Positions 10,655-22,079 of a stretch of 64,000 nucleotides of DNA are shown here, in pieces. Under the pieces are notes generated by a model. That model did no database searches. It saw nothing but the letters and a program-made list of their open reading frames with translations, and had not been told where the DNA came from. The translations under genes were made by a program, and so were the position numbers. Positions within the stretch are counted from its first letter, which is position 1, and the number at the start of each line of letters is the position of its first letter. Origin of the DNA: Coleofasciculus sp. B1-GNL1-01 (GTDB lineage Bacteria; Cyanobacteriota; Cyanobacteriia; Cyanobacteriales; Coleofasciculaceae); the NCBI GenBank assembly GCA_040220235.1, contig JAVJTO010000009.1; one strand, given 5' to 3'.

Positions 10655-11752
10655 TGAGGAGAGAGAATGGTTAGGACAGGTATCAATTGTTCCCCTCCAG
10701 CAATCAGTTGCAGACTTGGGGGTAGCGTATAAGAACTTCTTTCAATCCCGCTCTGGTAAACGCAAGGGACCCAAGGTAAACCCGCCACGGTTTAAACGGA
10801 AAACCAACCGTCAAACGGCGCGGTTCACTCAACGTGGGTTTAAGATTAAGGCGTCCAAGGTCTACTTAGCCAAGATTGGGGACATCAAAGTCAAGTGGTC
10901 GCGTCCTCTGCCATCTGAGCCTAGTTCTGTAACGGTGATTAAAGACTGCGCTGGTCGGTACTTTCTCAGCTTTGTCGTTGAGGTAAAGCCAGAAATCAAA
11001 CCGCCCAAGAACCCATCCATCGGGATTGATTTGGGGTTGAAAACGTTTGCCTGTTGCAGCAACCGGGAAAAGATTGATAGCCCGAACTATTCCCGCCTCT
11101 ACCGCAAGCTAAAGCGTTGCCAACGGCGGTTAGCTAAACGGCAACAAGGCAGCAAACGGCGAGAACGGATGCGGGTGAAAGTAGCCAAGCTCAATGCCCA
11201 GATACGGGATAAGCGTAAGGATTTCCTGCATAAACTTTCTACTAAGGTGGTCAACGAGAACCAAGTGATTGCCAAGCGAGGATTTGAACGTTGGCGGTAT
11301 GCTTAAAAACCGCAAATTATCACGGGCAATTAGCCAAGCTGGATGGTATGAATTCCGGTCATTGTGTGAGGGTAAAGCCTGCAATCACAACCGGGACTTT
11401 CGAGTCATCAACCGATGGGAACCTACCAGTCAGGTTTGTTCTGAGTGTGGGTACCGATGGGGGAAAATAGACTTGTCGGTACGGTCTATTGTGTGCATCA
11501 ATTGCGGCGTGGAACACGACCGGGATGATAATGCCTCGGTTAACATAGAACAGGCTGGACTTGACGCCGAGCGAAGTCGAGGTGTCAAAGTCGGGGTTGG
11601 GCAGATCCACGACTCTAAACGGACGGGGAGCGCGTGTAAGACCTCGGATGAGGCAGTGTGTGGTGAGCCGTCAACCCACCGAGAGTACATTCAGTTATCG
11701 CTGTTTGACGCTTTTGGGAATCACCGTCCTTATAGGGCGGTGAGGATGTCAA
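10655..11752 (+). pseudogene. tnpB: IS200/IS605-family TnpB, N-terminally truncated and frameshifted, with intact right end
   Basis: RuvC motifs IGIDLG / EDLNV / DRDDNA and zinc finger CSEC..CINC are split over two frames (+1 near 11275). No N-terminal HTH. Right end GAATCACCGTCCTTATAGGGCGGTGAGGATGTCAA ends at 11752. Confidence 0.9.
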
Positions 11753-11851
11753 ACAATTCTTTCTTCCTACAGATGGACAAGTGACTAATAGTGGTTATCT
11801 CCCACGATTGATGAATGTCTGCCAGAGAAATGTAGAAATAGGGGTATTAGG

Positions 11852-13156
11852 GTGAAAACCTATAGAGAGATGGAGGCGGATACTATGACGTTAGGTCAAT
11901 ATCAACGCGGTGTGGGGGTCTTTCCGACGCGACAAGCCACCGAAGAGGCTCTCAAACATCTGAGAGATGCCAATTTTCCCATGAACCAAGTATCAGTCAT
12001 TGCCCGGGATGAGGAGCAAATTGCTGGCGTTAATGTGCAAGACGATACCGAAAATGAAACCGGAGAAGGTGCAGCGGCTGGTGCAGTTGCGGGGGGAGTG
12101 ACAGGAGGGATCGTCGGTTTAATTGGTACGCTGGGTGCGATCGCGCTTCCTGGAGTTGGACCCATTTTAGTCGGCGGTGCAGCCGCTTCAGTAATTGGTA
12201 ATACGCTCTTGGGTGGGGCGGTTGGTAGCGCGGCTGGCGGCTTATTTGGGGCGTTACTTGGCTTGGAAGTTCCCGAAGCCGAAGCTAAACTTTACCAAGA
12301 TCGCTTAGAAAAAGGACATTATTTAATCCTAGTGGATGGCACACCAGAGGAAATCAGCCGTGTGGCTTCTATCCTGAAACCTCAAGGAATTCAAGAGTGG
12401 AGAAGTTATAACCGTCCTGAAGTGAATACTCCCGCTCCCGGCTATACTCACCCAACGGCGGCTCCGGTGGGATCTCCTACACCCCTGGGCGCGACGTACA
12501 CAGGACCCTTTGGTGAACCTTTGGGTGCAACGCCGACGGGTGTAACTCCGGCTACTCCACCAGCAACAGCACCAACACCTGTAACGCAAAATCAGCGAGC
12601 GATTGGTGTCTTTTCTTATGAGCAAAATTTAAAAAATGCTCTCGATGGGTTAAAAGCGGCTGGATTTGACATGAACCTCGTTTCAGTGATTGCCAAAGAC
12701 GCCGAACATCCCGATCAGGTGTCTGGGGTGAGAGTTACCGATCCCGTGAGTCATGAAAAAGCCAAAGATGCAACCACAGGGACGGTAGCTGGGGGTGTCT
12801 TGGGGGGATTAACCGGATTACTGGTTGGGTTAGTCACCGTAGCGGTTCCTGGTGTGGGTCCTGTGGTATTTGTTGGAGGCGAAGCCGCCGCGATCGCATC
12901 TGCATTAGGCGGAGGAGCTATTGGTGCGGCTGCTGGTGGTTTGGTCGGTATACTCGCGAACTTAGGCGTTCCTGAGGAGCAAGCCAAAAAATATAGCGAT
13001 CGCCTCTCTCATGGGGATTATCTGGTGTTGGTTCAGGGAACGGATGAGCAAATAAGCCAAGCCGAAACCATTCTGCGCGATCGGGGTATTGAGGAATGGG
13101 ATATCTACAACAGTCCTAGCGCTCCCATGACCTATCCCGGTCGTGTCTTTCCATAG
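11852..13156 (+). CDS. General-stress-protein-like membrane protein with two tandem Gly-zipper domains
   Basis: Two copies of R(G/A)(V/I)GVF...VSVIA(R/K)D...Gly-rich hairpin...GVPE..AK.Y.DRL..G.YL.LV.GT joined by a Pro/Thr linker. Start may be ATG 11885. Confidence 0.85.
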   Translation: MKTYREMEADTMTLGQYQRGVGVFPTRQATEEALKHLRDANFPMNQVSVIARDEEQIAGVNVQDDTENETGEGAAAGAVAGGVTGGIVGLIGTLGAIALPGVGPILVGGAAASVIGNTLLGGAVGSAAGGLFGALLGLEVPEAEAKLYQDRLEKGHYLILVDGTPEEISRVASILKPQGIQEWRSYNRPEVNTPAPGYTHPTAAPVGSPTPLGATYTGPFGEPLGATPTGVTPATPPATAPTPVTQNQRAIGVFSYEQNLKNALDGLKAAGFDMNLVSVIAKDAEHPDQVSGVRVTDPVSHEKAKDATTGTVAGGVLGGLTGLLVGLVTVAVPGVGPVVFVGGEAAAIASALGGGAIGAAAGGLVGILANLGVPEEQAKKYSDRLSHGDYLVLVQGTDEQISQAETILRDRGIEEWDIYNSPSAPMTYPGRVFP

Positions 13157-13461
13157 TTAACATCAACTACCCCGCCCATAGCCTAGCTATGGACGAGGTA
13201 TCCAGCCGAGAAAGAAGGATGAAACAATAAAGGATATGGCAACCCGCGCAGGCGGGTTTCGTTTGTGTAGCTGCGGTTACCCTACGGGAAGCTGCTCCGC
13301 GTCTACAACCGCCAAGCTAACCTAGTTTGACAGTGAACCCTATCACCCATAGGATTGATATTTCTAGTAAGCCTTCCTGAATCCCTTCTGATCAGTCCCA
13401 GTTTGACGATAACTACTTATTATTTATAGCCAAATTTGGTGCTGATCTAGCCTGAAAAAAT

Positions 13462-14982
13462 ATGTCATCCATTCAAAGACTGACCCCAAGCAAAAGTAAA
13501 CGTAAAGTCCGTCGCGCCCTTTGGTTTGAACGTTTGATGGCGCTTGTGGCTTCGTTCAACTACTTCTTAGTCTTATTTGACTTGACCTACCTGCCTCTGC
13601 GAGATTTTTGGCTACATGGGGAAGTCCAATTAGTGAGTTTTGACATCGGTCCATGGAGTTTTCCCGGTTGGTCTTTAGAGGTTCCCCTACCTCCGATTAC
13701 CCAGTGGTATGACCCAATCAAAGGGATTCAACCCTATCGAGAAACCGAACACTATTTGGACAAGGTTAATGCATTGGAAGCAGAAATTGATGCAACCAAC
13801 CTAAGAACAAAACTGAGAAGCTTACAATCTCCTGAAGTTATCCAACTTTTAGAAGATCTGCGCCAACGTAGCGTAGACATGATTGAGACAAACCCGTTCC
13901 AACTTGCCGATAAAACGGGAGATTTGGAAAAAATAAAAAATAAGATGCGGGGGCATATTCCCAATGACGAGGATTCTGCCAAAGAAGCATTTAGAGAATT
14001 TTGGAGTCAAGAAAACTTAACCGCTAAAGACCCAGAGAATGAACTCGAATTTTTCAACGAGGAGATTCGTCCTCTGATTGCAGCCAACTACTACCGTCCC
14101 ATTGGAGAAACAGGGGATTTTGTTGATTATTTTGGACTCCGCATTGACTTCCCGTTTTTCCTAGTCTTTTTGACAGATTTTTTGGGTCGTACTTGGTTCA
14201 TCAGTCGCCACCGCACCGGGGTCAGTTGGATCGATGCGATGTTATGGCGTTGGTATGACATCTTTTTGTTGATTCCCCTCTGGCGCTGGCTGCGAATCAT
14301 CCCGGTGACGATTCGACTGGATCAGGCAAGGTTAATCGATATGAGTGCGATTCAGAAACAAGCGCGTCAAGGATTTGTCGCTGAAATCGCTGGCGATATG
14401 ACCCAAGTAGTGGTGATTCAGATTATTAATGAACTCCAATCTTCCATTCGCCAAGGAGAGATCGCGAATTTTCTTCAGCAACGGGAAGTCCGCCCCTACA
14501 TCGATCTCAACGAAACCGACGAAGTCGCAGCACTGACTAAGATTATGGTGCAGATGACAGTGAATCAGGTGCTTCCCGCCATCCGTACCGATATAGAAGA
14601 CTTGCTACGGCATAACGTGGACAAAATTTTGAATCAGTCTCAAGCCTATCAGGGACTAGAGAGAGTACCGGGTGTAGAAAGAATTCGCACTCAGTTAACC
14701 GAACAACTGGTACACCAAATTACCCAAGCGCTTTACAATGGATTAGACGCCGCGATCGCAGATGATCCAGTTGGGGATCAAATTCTGCAACGGTTAATTC
14801 GTCATCTGGGCGAAGCTTATGGCTCTCAAATTCAGACCCAGAAAACCTTAGATGAAATTCAATACTTGCTCAACGCCTTCTTAGAGGAATTCAAAGTCAA
14901 TTACGTTGAGCGTTTGTCCCAAGAGGACTTAGAGGACATTCTTGACCAAACCCGGGCAATTCGGCAAAAGCGACAGGTGTAG
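13462..14982 (+). CDS. Conserved cyanobacterial hypothetical membrane protein
   Basis: 506-aa ORF with hydrophobic segments and a WRWYD motif. Confidence 0.8.
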   Translation: MSSIQRLTPSKSKRKVRRALWFERLMALVASFNYFLVLFDLTYLPLRDFWLHGEVQLVSFDIGPWSFPGWSLEVPLPPITQWYDPIKGIQPYRETEHYLDKVNALEAEIDATNLRTKLRSLQSPEVIQLLEDLRQRSVDMIETNPFQLADKTGDLEKIKNKMRGHIPNDEDSAKEAFREFWSQENLTAKDPENELEFFNEEIRPLIAANYYRPIGETGDFVDYFGLRIDFPFFLVFLTDFLGRTWFISRHRTGVSWIDAMLWRWYDIFLLIPLWRWLRIIPVTIRLDQARLIDMSAIQKQARQGFVAEIAGDMTQVVVIQIINELQSSIRQGEIANFLQQREVRPYIDLNETDEVAALTKIMVQMTVNQVLPAIRTDIEDLLRHNVDKILNQSQAYQGLERVPGVERIRTQLTEQLVHQITQALYNGLDAAIADDPVGDQILQRLIRHLGEAYGSQIQTQKTLDEIQYLLNAFLEEFKVNYVERLSQEDLEDILDQTRAIRQKRQV

Positions 14983-15250
14983 TTGATGAAGATGAGGGAG
15001 ATAGGGGAGGTGGAAGTCAAAACTATGCCCTCGAAGGTCGTGAAGGGTCAAAACTCCACCATTATCCTCCTTTGCTTGTGGTAACCCGATCCCACAACCT
15101 GCAAAGATTGCGCTAAACTCTAACATAGCAACGGAAGTTACTCTATCCTGATGTCGGAGTCTGGGGAAACTATAAAACTGTTCCCAAGTACACAAGCAGG
15201 GTAGAGATTGTGTCAATCGTCGCTAAGCTTCTTGGCAGAAATTTTACCTG

Positions 15251-15275
15251 GAGGTGGGTTGAACCCACTTTTTTT
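15251..15275 (+). promoter_or_regulatory. Terminator-like hairpin in the rimP leader (candidate attenuator)
   Basis: GTGGGTT-G-AACCCAC followed by T7, 15 nt upstream of the rimP ATG. rimP-nusA leaders with such hairpins are known in other bacteria. Confidence 0.6.
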
Positions 15276-15289
15276 GTTGAAGTTTTTCT

Positions 15290-15751
15290 ATGACTCATCC
15301 CCTGATTCCCCAACTAATCGATTTGGCAACCCCAGTAGCTGAAAAATTGGGATTGGAGTTCGTTGGGGCGGTGTTTCACACGAACAGACGTCCCCCTGTA
15401 CTTCGGGTAGATATCCGCAACCGCGACGGCGATACGGGTTTAGATGACTGTGAACGTATGAGTCGGGCTTTAGAAGCTGAATTAGATGCCGTGGATCTGA
15501 TTCCTGACGCCTATGTTTTGGAAATTTCTAGTCCTGGGATCTCGCAAGAGCTAACGACAGACCGAGACTTCATCGCATTTAAAGGATTTTCCGTGGTGGT
15601 CAACACGGCTGAACCTTACCAAGGACATAAAGAATGGCGAGGGCAATTAATTCGCCGGGATGATACCCGTGTATATCTCAACCGAAAAGGACGGGCGATC
15701 GCCATTCCTCGTGATCAAGTAACTAAAGTTCAGTTCGATGAGCAGGGTTAA
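15290..15751 (+). CDS. rimP: Ribosome maturation factor RimP
   Basis: LDDCERMSR and YVLEISSPG motifs; first gene of the nusA-infB operon. Confidence 0.97.
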   Translation: MTHPLIPQLIDLATPVAEKLGLEFVGAVFHTNRRPPVLRVDIRNRDGDTGLDDCERMSRALEAELDAVDLIPDAYVLEISSPGISQELTTDRDFIAFKGFSVVVNTAEPYQGHKEWRGQLIRRDDTRVYLNRKGRAIAIPRDQVTKVQFDEQG

Positions 15752-15836
15752 ACCCGTTTAGATCATTAGTAATTAGTCATTGAACATTAGTTATGTTGTT
15801 AACGACCCACAATAAACAGTTTATGGAGATTTGCCT

Positions 15837-17234
15837 ATGTCTATCGTTAATCTGCCGGGACTAAAAAAGATGATCGAAGAGATCTCTCAAAGCCATAATT
15901 TACCGAAATCAGCAGTCCAACAGGCACTGAGAGAAGCACTGATCAAAGGCTATGAGCGCTATCGTCGAGCGCAACGCATAGAGCGACCTCATTTTGATGA
16001 TGAGTACTTTAACAACTTTGAAGTCGATTTAGATATCGAAGAAGAAGGATTTCGCATTCTTTGTACCAAAACCATTGTTGAGGAAGTTGGCAACACCGAT
16101 CATCATATTTCCCTCAAAGAAGTTCAAGAAGTCGCATCAGAGGCACAATTAGGTGACTCGGTGGTTCTGGATGTTACTCCAGATCAACGTGATTTTGGTC
16201 GAATGGCAGCTATTCAAACCAAGCAGGTACTCTCCCAAAAACTACGGGATCAACAGCGTAAGTTGATCCAAGAAGAGTTTGAAGAGTTAGAAGGAACGGT
16301 TCTCCAAGCCAGAGTGCTACGATTTGAGCGGCAATCGGTGATCATGGCGATTAGCAGTGGCTTTGGTCAGCCAGAAGTGGAAGCCGAACTGCCCAAGCGC
16401 GAACAATTACCCAACGATACCTATCGCATTGGCAGTACCTTTAAGGTTTTTCTCAAAAAAGTGCGTGAAGGTCCTCACCGTGGACCCCAGCTTGTGGTTT
16501 CGCGAGCTTCGGCTGGTTTAGTGGTCTATCTGTTTGCCAATGAAGTCCCAGAAATCGAAGATGAAGTCGTGCGAATCGTGGCGGTGGCGCGAGAAGCTAA
16601 TCCACCGTCGCGTCATGTCGGACCTCGGACTAAAATTGCCGTGGATACCCTAGAGCGAGATGTTGATCCCGTTGGGGCTTGTATCGGCGCTAGGGGATCA
16701 CGCATTCAAGTGGTCGTCAATGAATTGCGTGGCGAAAAAATAGATGTGATTCGTTGGTCGCCTGATCCCGCTACCTATATAGCGAATGCTCTGAGTCCCG
16801 CACGAGTAGAGGAAGTCTTATTGGTGAATCCGGAAGGGCGTCAGGCTCACATTTTGGTCGCGGAAGATCAGCTCAGTTTAGCCATTGGCAAAGAAGGGCA
16901 GAATGTTCGCCTAGCGGCTCGTCTCACAGGTTGGAAGATTGATATTAAAGATATCGCCAAGTACGATTACGAAGCTGAACACCAGAAAATGCAGGAGTTA
17001 CAAGCCGCGATCGCACAGAGGGAAGCCGAACTCGCTGATGATGAAGAAGAGGATGAGGAAGAACCAGAGAGAGAAACTTCCTCACCAGCCGAGTTAGAGG
17101 CAAAGGTGACAACTCCTCAATCCTTAGCTGAGGAGGAATTTGCTGAGGAAGAATTTGCTGAAGACGAGGAAGAATTTGCTGAAGATGAGGAAGAATTTGC
17201 TGAAGACGAGGAAGAGGAGGATATTTTGTCCTAA
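15837..17234 (+). CDS. nusA: Transcription termination/antitermination factor NusA
   Basis: FGRMAAIQTKQ, S1 domain and KH domains (DPVGACIG, AIGKEGQNVRLA); acidic tail. Confidence 0.98.
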   Translation: MSIVNLPGLKKMIEEISQSHNLPKSAVQQALREALIKGYERYRRAQRIERPHFDDEYFNNFEVDLDIEEEGFRILCTKTIVEEVGNTDHHISLKEVQEVASEAQLGDSVVLDVTPDQRDFGRMAAIQTKQVLSQKLRDQQRKLIQEEFEELEGTVLQARVLRFERQSVIMAISSGFGQPEVEAELPKREQLPNDTYRIGSTFKVFLKKVREGPHRGPQLVVSRASAGLVVYLFANEVPEIEDEVVRIVAVAREANPPSRHVGPRTKIAVDTLERDVDPVGACIGARGSRIQVVVNELRGEKIDVIRWSPDPATYIANALSPARVEEVLLVNPEGRQAHILVAEDQLSLAIGKEGQNVRLAARLTGWKIDIKDIAKYDYEAEHQKMQELQAAIAQREAELADDEEEDEEEPERETSSPAELEAKVTTPQSLAEEEFAEEEFAEDEEEFAEDEEEFAEDEEEEDILS

Positions 17235-17453
17235 TCTTAGGAGGATCAAAGCAAGGCGGTAGATTCCTTAAGGGCGTTGAACTCTTCTTGCACCTAACTT
17301 GATCAGAGGGAATGGGGAGAGATTTTCATGGAAGCTGGTGTACGCCGTTGCTCAAGACATCCTCCTCACTGTCCTCACCTCGTTTACCGAGATAGGTTAC
17401 ACCGTGAACAGTAAACTCATGCGAGCCTACACCAAAATCATTGTCCGAATCTT

Positions 17454-17732
17454 ATGGAACCCAATTACCGACGTTGCCTAAGTTGTCGCCGGGTGGCTCA
17501 AAAACAAGCATTATGGCGAGTTGTGCGAATCCATCCATCGCGACAGGTAAAATTAGATCAGGGCATGGGACGTTCGGCTTATATCTGTCCTCAAGCGAGT
17601 TGTCTGGCGGCTGCTCAGAAGAAAAATCGATTGGGACGAGCGCTGAGGGCATCGGTTCCCGACGAAATTTATCAACGATTATGGCAGCGTTTAGAACCTT
17701 GTCCCTGGAGCATCCAACGCAGCAGCGATTGA
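17454..17732 (+). CDS. ylxR: YlxR/DUF448 RNA-binding protein
   Basis: RRCLSCR and GRSAYIC motifs; located between nusA and infB. Confidence 0.93.
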   Translation: MEPNYRRCLSCRRVAQKQALWRVVRIHPSRQVKLDQGMGRSAYICPQASCLAAAQKKNRLGRALRASVPDEIYQRLWQRLEPCPWSIQRSSD

Positions 17733-18138
17733 GCCAATGCATCCAAAAAACTCCAGCAAGGCTCTCAATGAACCTAAGCAATCGCTAGGATAGTAAAGAA
17801 GTACCATTACTAATGGTGTTCGGAGGTGAGTCTGACCCTGATCAAGTTAACAACTCCTACCTGAGGAAGATACTGCGGATCTAGGGATCTAGAAAATCTA
17901 TCGAGTTTTGTTAAGATTTGTGTAAGTTAACTATCCAGGCTCTGATTAAGAGTGTAAAGATATCCAACTGGCTGACAGTCAAGGATCGCCTGTGTAACAT
18001 GAGTTATTGGTGAGTTATCGAGTAAACTCTTAAAGACACCTTATTGATTTAAGCCAATCCGGCACGAAAACCAATGACCACGCACGCTTTCAATCATTTA
18101 GTTATGGTGTAACAATATGTACGACGGGGGAATAGTGG

Positions 18139-21100
18139 ATGAACAACGGCAAAGTCAGAATTTACGAATTATCACGGGAATTGAATTTGGACAACAAGGA
18201 CATTTTGAATATTTGCGAAGGACTTCATATTGCAGTCAAAAGTCACAGTAGCACGATTACAGAATCTGAAGCTGAGCGAATCAGAGCGGCGGCGGAAAAA
18301 TATGCTGAGGGGATCACTAGCCTCAAAGGTCGTGACCAAACAACCTCAGCATCTGCTGACCATGCAGATGGACGCTCTAACAATAACAATCAGCGCAAAC
18401 AGCAAATTTTGAGCGTTAAGCCTAAGCCTCGTTCCAGTTTTAGCTCTTCCCAGGAATCAGAATCCGGGTCAAAGTCTTCTCAACCCCCCGTAAAGCCGAC
18501 TGTGAATCCACCACGTCCACCCGCCCAGCTTAATCGACCAACCTCGGTGAATTTGCAGCAGGACAATTCTGAGTCAGAAACACCAACCCAATCTCAAGGG
18601 TCACAGGAGAACGTTACTAAAGCTGAAGTGGAAGCTAAAGAAGCTAAAGAAGCTAAAGAAACTAAAGAAGCTAAACCCAAACTTATCCAACCCCCCGTTC
18701 GACCAACGTCACCGAAACCGAGTCAACCCACCCAGGTTGAACGACCGAAATTGAAGCGCGAGCGATCGGATGAGACCCCTGTAGAGACAGCTAAGCCTGA
18801 GCCGCCTGAATCGACGAGTGAGCCTAAACCGCAAACGCCGGCTAAATCTCCCGCCCCTGCTCATCCGAAATCTCCGGCTCAGCCTGTTCCTAAACTGCAA
18901 TCTCCCCCCAAACGCTCCCGACCGACTCGTCCGAGTGAGAGTCCTGAAGTGGCGGCTATCGATTCGGGTTCCTTAGAACAGAAGCAGGAGGAGGCCGATG
19001 AAAGCGTAGAAACCCTTCTGGAACCGCCGGAACTGAAAAATCTTAAAGCCAAACGACCCACGCCGCCACGTCAGTCGAAGAAACGTGAATGGATTGATGA
19101 GGAAGAGGAACGGGAAGGATCTAAACCCGGAAAAGCGGCTAAGCTCAAGCGGCGACCTAAACTGATCGAAGAAGATGAGGAAGAGTTTGATGGTAACTAC
19201 CAAGCAGCTGACACCCCTGTAGCAGTCAGTATGTCGGTCGCTCGTCCTCCTAAACCTAAATCTCAAACGGGACAGACTCCCCCACCAACGGCAGCCAGTC
19301 AGGTTAGGAAAAAACCAGAAGTTAAAACCGGTAAACCAGAAAGTCGCGATCGCCGTCGTGAAAAGCAAGAAGTCGCCGAACGTCCTGAACAAATTGTCTT
19401 AAACGATTCGCTAACCGTTCGAGAGCTGGCAGATAAGCTGAACCTTGCCGAAACAGAGGTGATTAAGCAGCTATTCTTCAAGGGATTGGCAGTGAATATC
19501 ACCCAAACCCTGGATCTGCCCACCGCTCAAATGGTTGCCGAAGAACTTGGCGTTGATGTTCAGACAGAAGAAGCTGAATCAGAAGCCGCTAAAACCGAAA
19601 TGCTGGATGCGGCTGACTTAGAATACCTGGTTCGACGTCCACCCGTAGTCACAATCATGGGTCATGTCGATCACGGTAAAACCACGCTGCTGGATGCCAT
19701 TCGCGAAACCAAAGTGGCACAAGGCGAAGCGGGAGGAATTACTCAGCACATCGGTGCTTACCATGTCGATGTGGAGCATGAAGATCAAGTCCAACAGGTG
19801 GTCTTCCTGGATACTCCAGGTCACGAAGCCTTTACCGCGATGCGGGCGCGGGGAGCGCGAGTAACTGATATTGCCATTTTGGTTGTTGCTGCCGATGATG
19901 GGGTACAACCCCAAACCCGTGAAGCGATCAGCCATGCGAAAGCTGCTGAAGTGCCAATTGTGGTTGCCGTTAACAAAATCGATAAGGAAGGGGCACAACC
20001 TGACCGCGTGAAGCAAGAGTTAATGGAACATGGATTAGTCCCAGAAGAATGGGGCGGTGACACGATCATGGTACCCGTGAGTGCGATCCAAAAAGAAAAC
20101 TTGGATACACTCCTGGAAATGATCCTGCTCGTTTCTGACATTGAAGAACTCTCCGCTAACCCCGCCCGATTAGCCAAAGGTACGGTTATTGAAGCCAACC
20201 TGGATAAATCTAGAGGTCCAGTTGCCACATTGTTGGTACAAAATGGCACGCTGCGGGTGGGTGATACTTTAGTGGCAGGATCGGTCTTCGGTAAAGTACG
20301 AGCCATGATCGATGACCGAGGCAAACGAGTAGACGAGGCAGCCCCCTCCTTTGCCGTAGAGGTATTGGGTTTAAGCGATGTCCCGGCTGCTGGTGATGAG
20401 TTTGACGTCTTTGAACAAGAAAAAGAAGCTCGCGCCGTTGCGGATATGAGAAGCCAAGAACAGCGCGAATCTCGTCTGCAACAGGTGATGTCGTCCCGCC
20501 GAGTCAGCCTGAATAGCCTCTCTGCCAAAGCTCAAGAAGGGGAACTCAAAGAACTCAACTTGATCCTGAAGGCAGATGTACAAGGTTCGGTTGAAGCCAT
20601 TCTGGGTTCACTCAAACAGTTACCCCAAAATGAAGTTCAAATCCGAGTCCTATTAGCGACGGCTGGAGAAGTCACCGAAACCGATGTGGACTTAGCGGCG
20701 GCTAGTGGTGCGGTAATCATTGGCTTTAATACCACTTTGGCTCACGGCGCTCGTTCTGCTGCTGAACAAGAGAGTGTTGATGTGCGCGAATACAACATCA
20801 TCTATAATCTCTTGGATGACATTCAAGCGGCGATGGAAGGGTTACTGGAGCCAGAATTGGTGGAAGAACCCTTGGGTCAAGTGGAAGTCCGAGCTGTCTT
20901 CCCCGTCGGTCGCGGTGCGGTGGCAGGTTGCTACGTACAGTCAGGCAAAGCAGTGCGGAATTGCAAGATCCGAGTGCAACGTCGGGGTCAAATGATCTAC
21001 GAAGGGGTACTTGATTCGCTGAAGCGGATGAAGGATGATGTCAAAGAAGTCAATGCCGGATTTGAATGCGGTATTCGTGTTGATAGATTCAATGATTGGA

Positions 21101-21165
21101 CTGAAGGTGACATCATCGAAACCTATAAGATGGTGAGCAAACGCCGGACTCTATCAGCGACTTAG
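18139..21165 (+). CDS. infB: Translation initiation factor IF-2
   Basis: [38 protein letters not shown]. Confidence 0.99.
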   Translation: MNNGKVRIYELSRELNLDNKDILNICEGLHIAVKSHSSTITESEAERIRAAAEKYAEGITSLKGRDQTTSASADHADGRSNNNNQRKQQILSVKPKPRSSFSSSQESESGSKSSQPPVKPTVNPPRPPAQLNRPTSVNLQQDNSESETPTQSQGSQENVTKAEVEAKEAKEAKETKEAKPKLIQPPVRPTSPKPSQPTQVERPKLKRERSDETPVETAKPEPPESTSEPKPQTPAKSPAPAHPKSPAQPVPKLQSPPKRSRPTRPSESPEVAAIDSGSLEQKQEEADESVETLLEPPELKNLKAKRPTPPRQSKKREWIDEEEEREGSKPGKAAKLKRRPKLIEEDEEEFDGNYQAADTPVAVSMSVARPPKPKSQTGQTPPPTAASQVRKKPEVKTGKPESRDRRREKQEVAERPEQIVLNDSLTVRELADKLNLAETEVIKQLFFKGLAVNITQTLDLPTAQMVAEELGVDVQTEEAESEAAKTEMLDAADLEYLVRRPPVVTIMGHVDHGKTTLLDAIRETKVAQGEAGGITQHIGAYHVDVEHEDQVQQVVFLDTPGHEAFTAMRARGARVTDIAILVVAADDGVQPQTREAISHAKAAEVPIVVAVNKIDKEGAQPDRVKQELMEHGLVPEEWGGDTIMVPVSAIQKENLDTLLEMILLVSDIEELSANPARLAKGTVIEANLDKSRGPVATLLVQNGTLRVGDTLVAGSVFGKVRAMIDDRGKRVDEAAPSFAVEVLGLSDVPAAGDEFDVFEQEKEARAVADMRSQEQRESRLQQVMSSRRVSLNSLSAKAQEGELKELNLILKADVQGSVEAILGSLKQLPQNEVQIRVLLATAGEVTETDVDLAAASGAVIIGFNTTLAHGARSAAEQESVDVREYNIIYNLLDDIQAAMEGLLEPELVEEPLGQVEVRAVFPVGRGAVAGCYVQSGKAVRNCKIRVQRRGQMIYEGVLDSLKRMKDDVKEVNAGFECGIRVDRFNDWTEGDIIETYKMVSKRRTLSAT

Positions 21166-21229
21166 GTCATAAGTTATTAGTCCTTGGTTCATGACTAAGG
21201 ACTAATCACAAAAGACAAAGGACAACCCA

Positions 21230-21865
21230 ATGCGCTCTTTTTGGTCTGAACCGTTCTTGTGGATACATTTGGCGGGTTTAGCGGCACTGCCCCTAACGTT
21301 AGAGGTTGTCGCGCTAGGACTGGCAACGGGTGAACCCCTGTTACCTATCTGGCTAGAACTCTTAATTTTGGCAGTTATCGGCATCGCACCAGTTTTGTGG
21401 ATGCAATTGACCCGCCCCTTTGACATTTTTAGTCTGCTCGTGGTTGCTCTGAAACCCGATCGCCTAACCGAATCCCAGCGACGACTGTTGAGCTTATTTG
21501 ACCGGAAAACCAACCCGCTGCTAACAATTATGGCAGCAGGTTTTATGGTATGGGTACTGTGGCAAATTTATAGCATCGCTCCTTTAGCGGCAGGGATCGT
21601 TCCCTGGACAGTTCAATGGCACATCGCTGGATTGGCTTTGGCAGGAGTTGGGTTTCTGGCAAGCCACTTATTTTTGCAAGTGCCTTTGAGTGTGGTTCAA
21701 GTTCTATTCACTAGCGAGGCGGAGTGGGCAGCAACTCAACCTTATCCAGTGGAAAAAATACCGGAAAACTTTACAGTACCAGGGTTTCGGGTCAAACAAA
21801 TTTTACCTGCGATCGCCCCAGAGTCATCCGTGGGCGAATCGTCCCCTGAACAAGTGGATTCATGA
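21230..21865 (+). CDS. Cyanobacterial low-complexity-tail membrane protein
   Basis: MRSFWSEPFLWIHLAG start, multiple TM segments; typical position after infB in cyanobacteria. Confidence 0.85.
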   Translation: MRSFWSEPFLWIHLAGLAALPLTLEVVALGLATGEPLLPIWLELLILAVIGIAPVLWMQLTRPFDIFSLLVVALKPDRLTESQRRLLSLFDRKTNPLLTIMAAGFMVWVLWQIYSIAPLAAGIVPWTVQWHIAGLALAGVGFLASHLFLQVPLSVVQVLFTSEAEWAATQPYPVEKIPENFTVPGFRVKQILPAIAPESSVGESSPEQVDS

Positions 21866-22079
21866 ACCCCGCCCTACTTCGTGAGGACGGGGATTGGCAG
21901 AGGGAACCTGCCAGGAAGTCATGAATAGGGCATGAGTTGGTAAGGGATAACCACTTCCGAACGTTTCTCTAGTTCGGATTAGATGTAGGTCTAGGAATCT
22001 CTAGACGCTGGGTAATGCCAGGACACACCCTGATCAATGCCTTAAGAGACACAAACATTTACACGAGTGGATTATCTCT
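21862..22079 (+). ncRNA. Putative omega-RNA scaffold of the IsrB element
   Basis: ~215-nt structured non-coding leader with hairpins TGGCAG/CTGCCA, TCCGAAC...GTTCGGA and TCTAG/CTAGA, directly upstream of the PLMP-like start. This is the established location of IscB/IsrB omega-RNAs. Confidence 0.65.
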
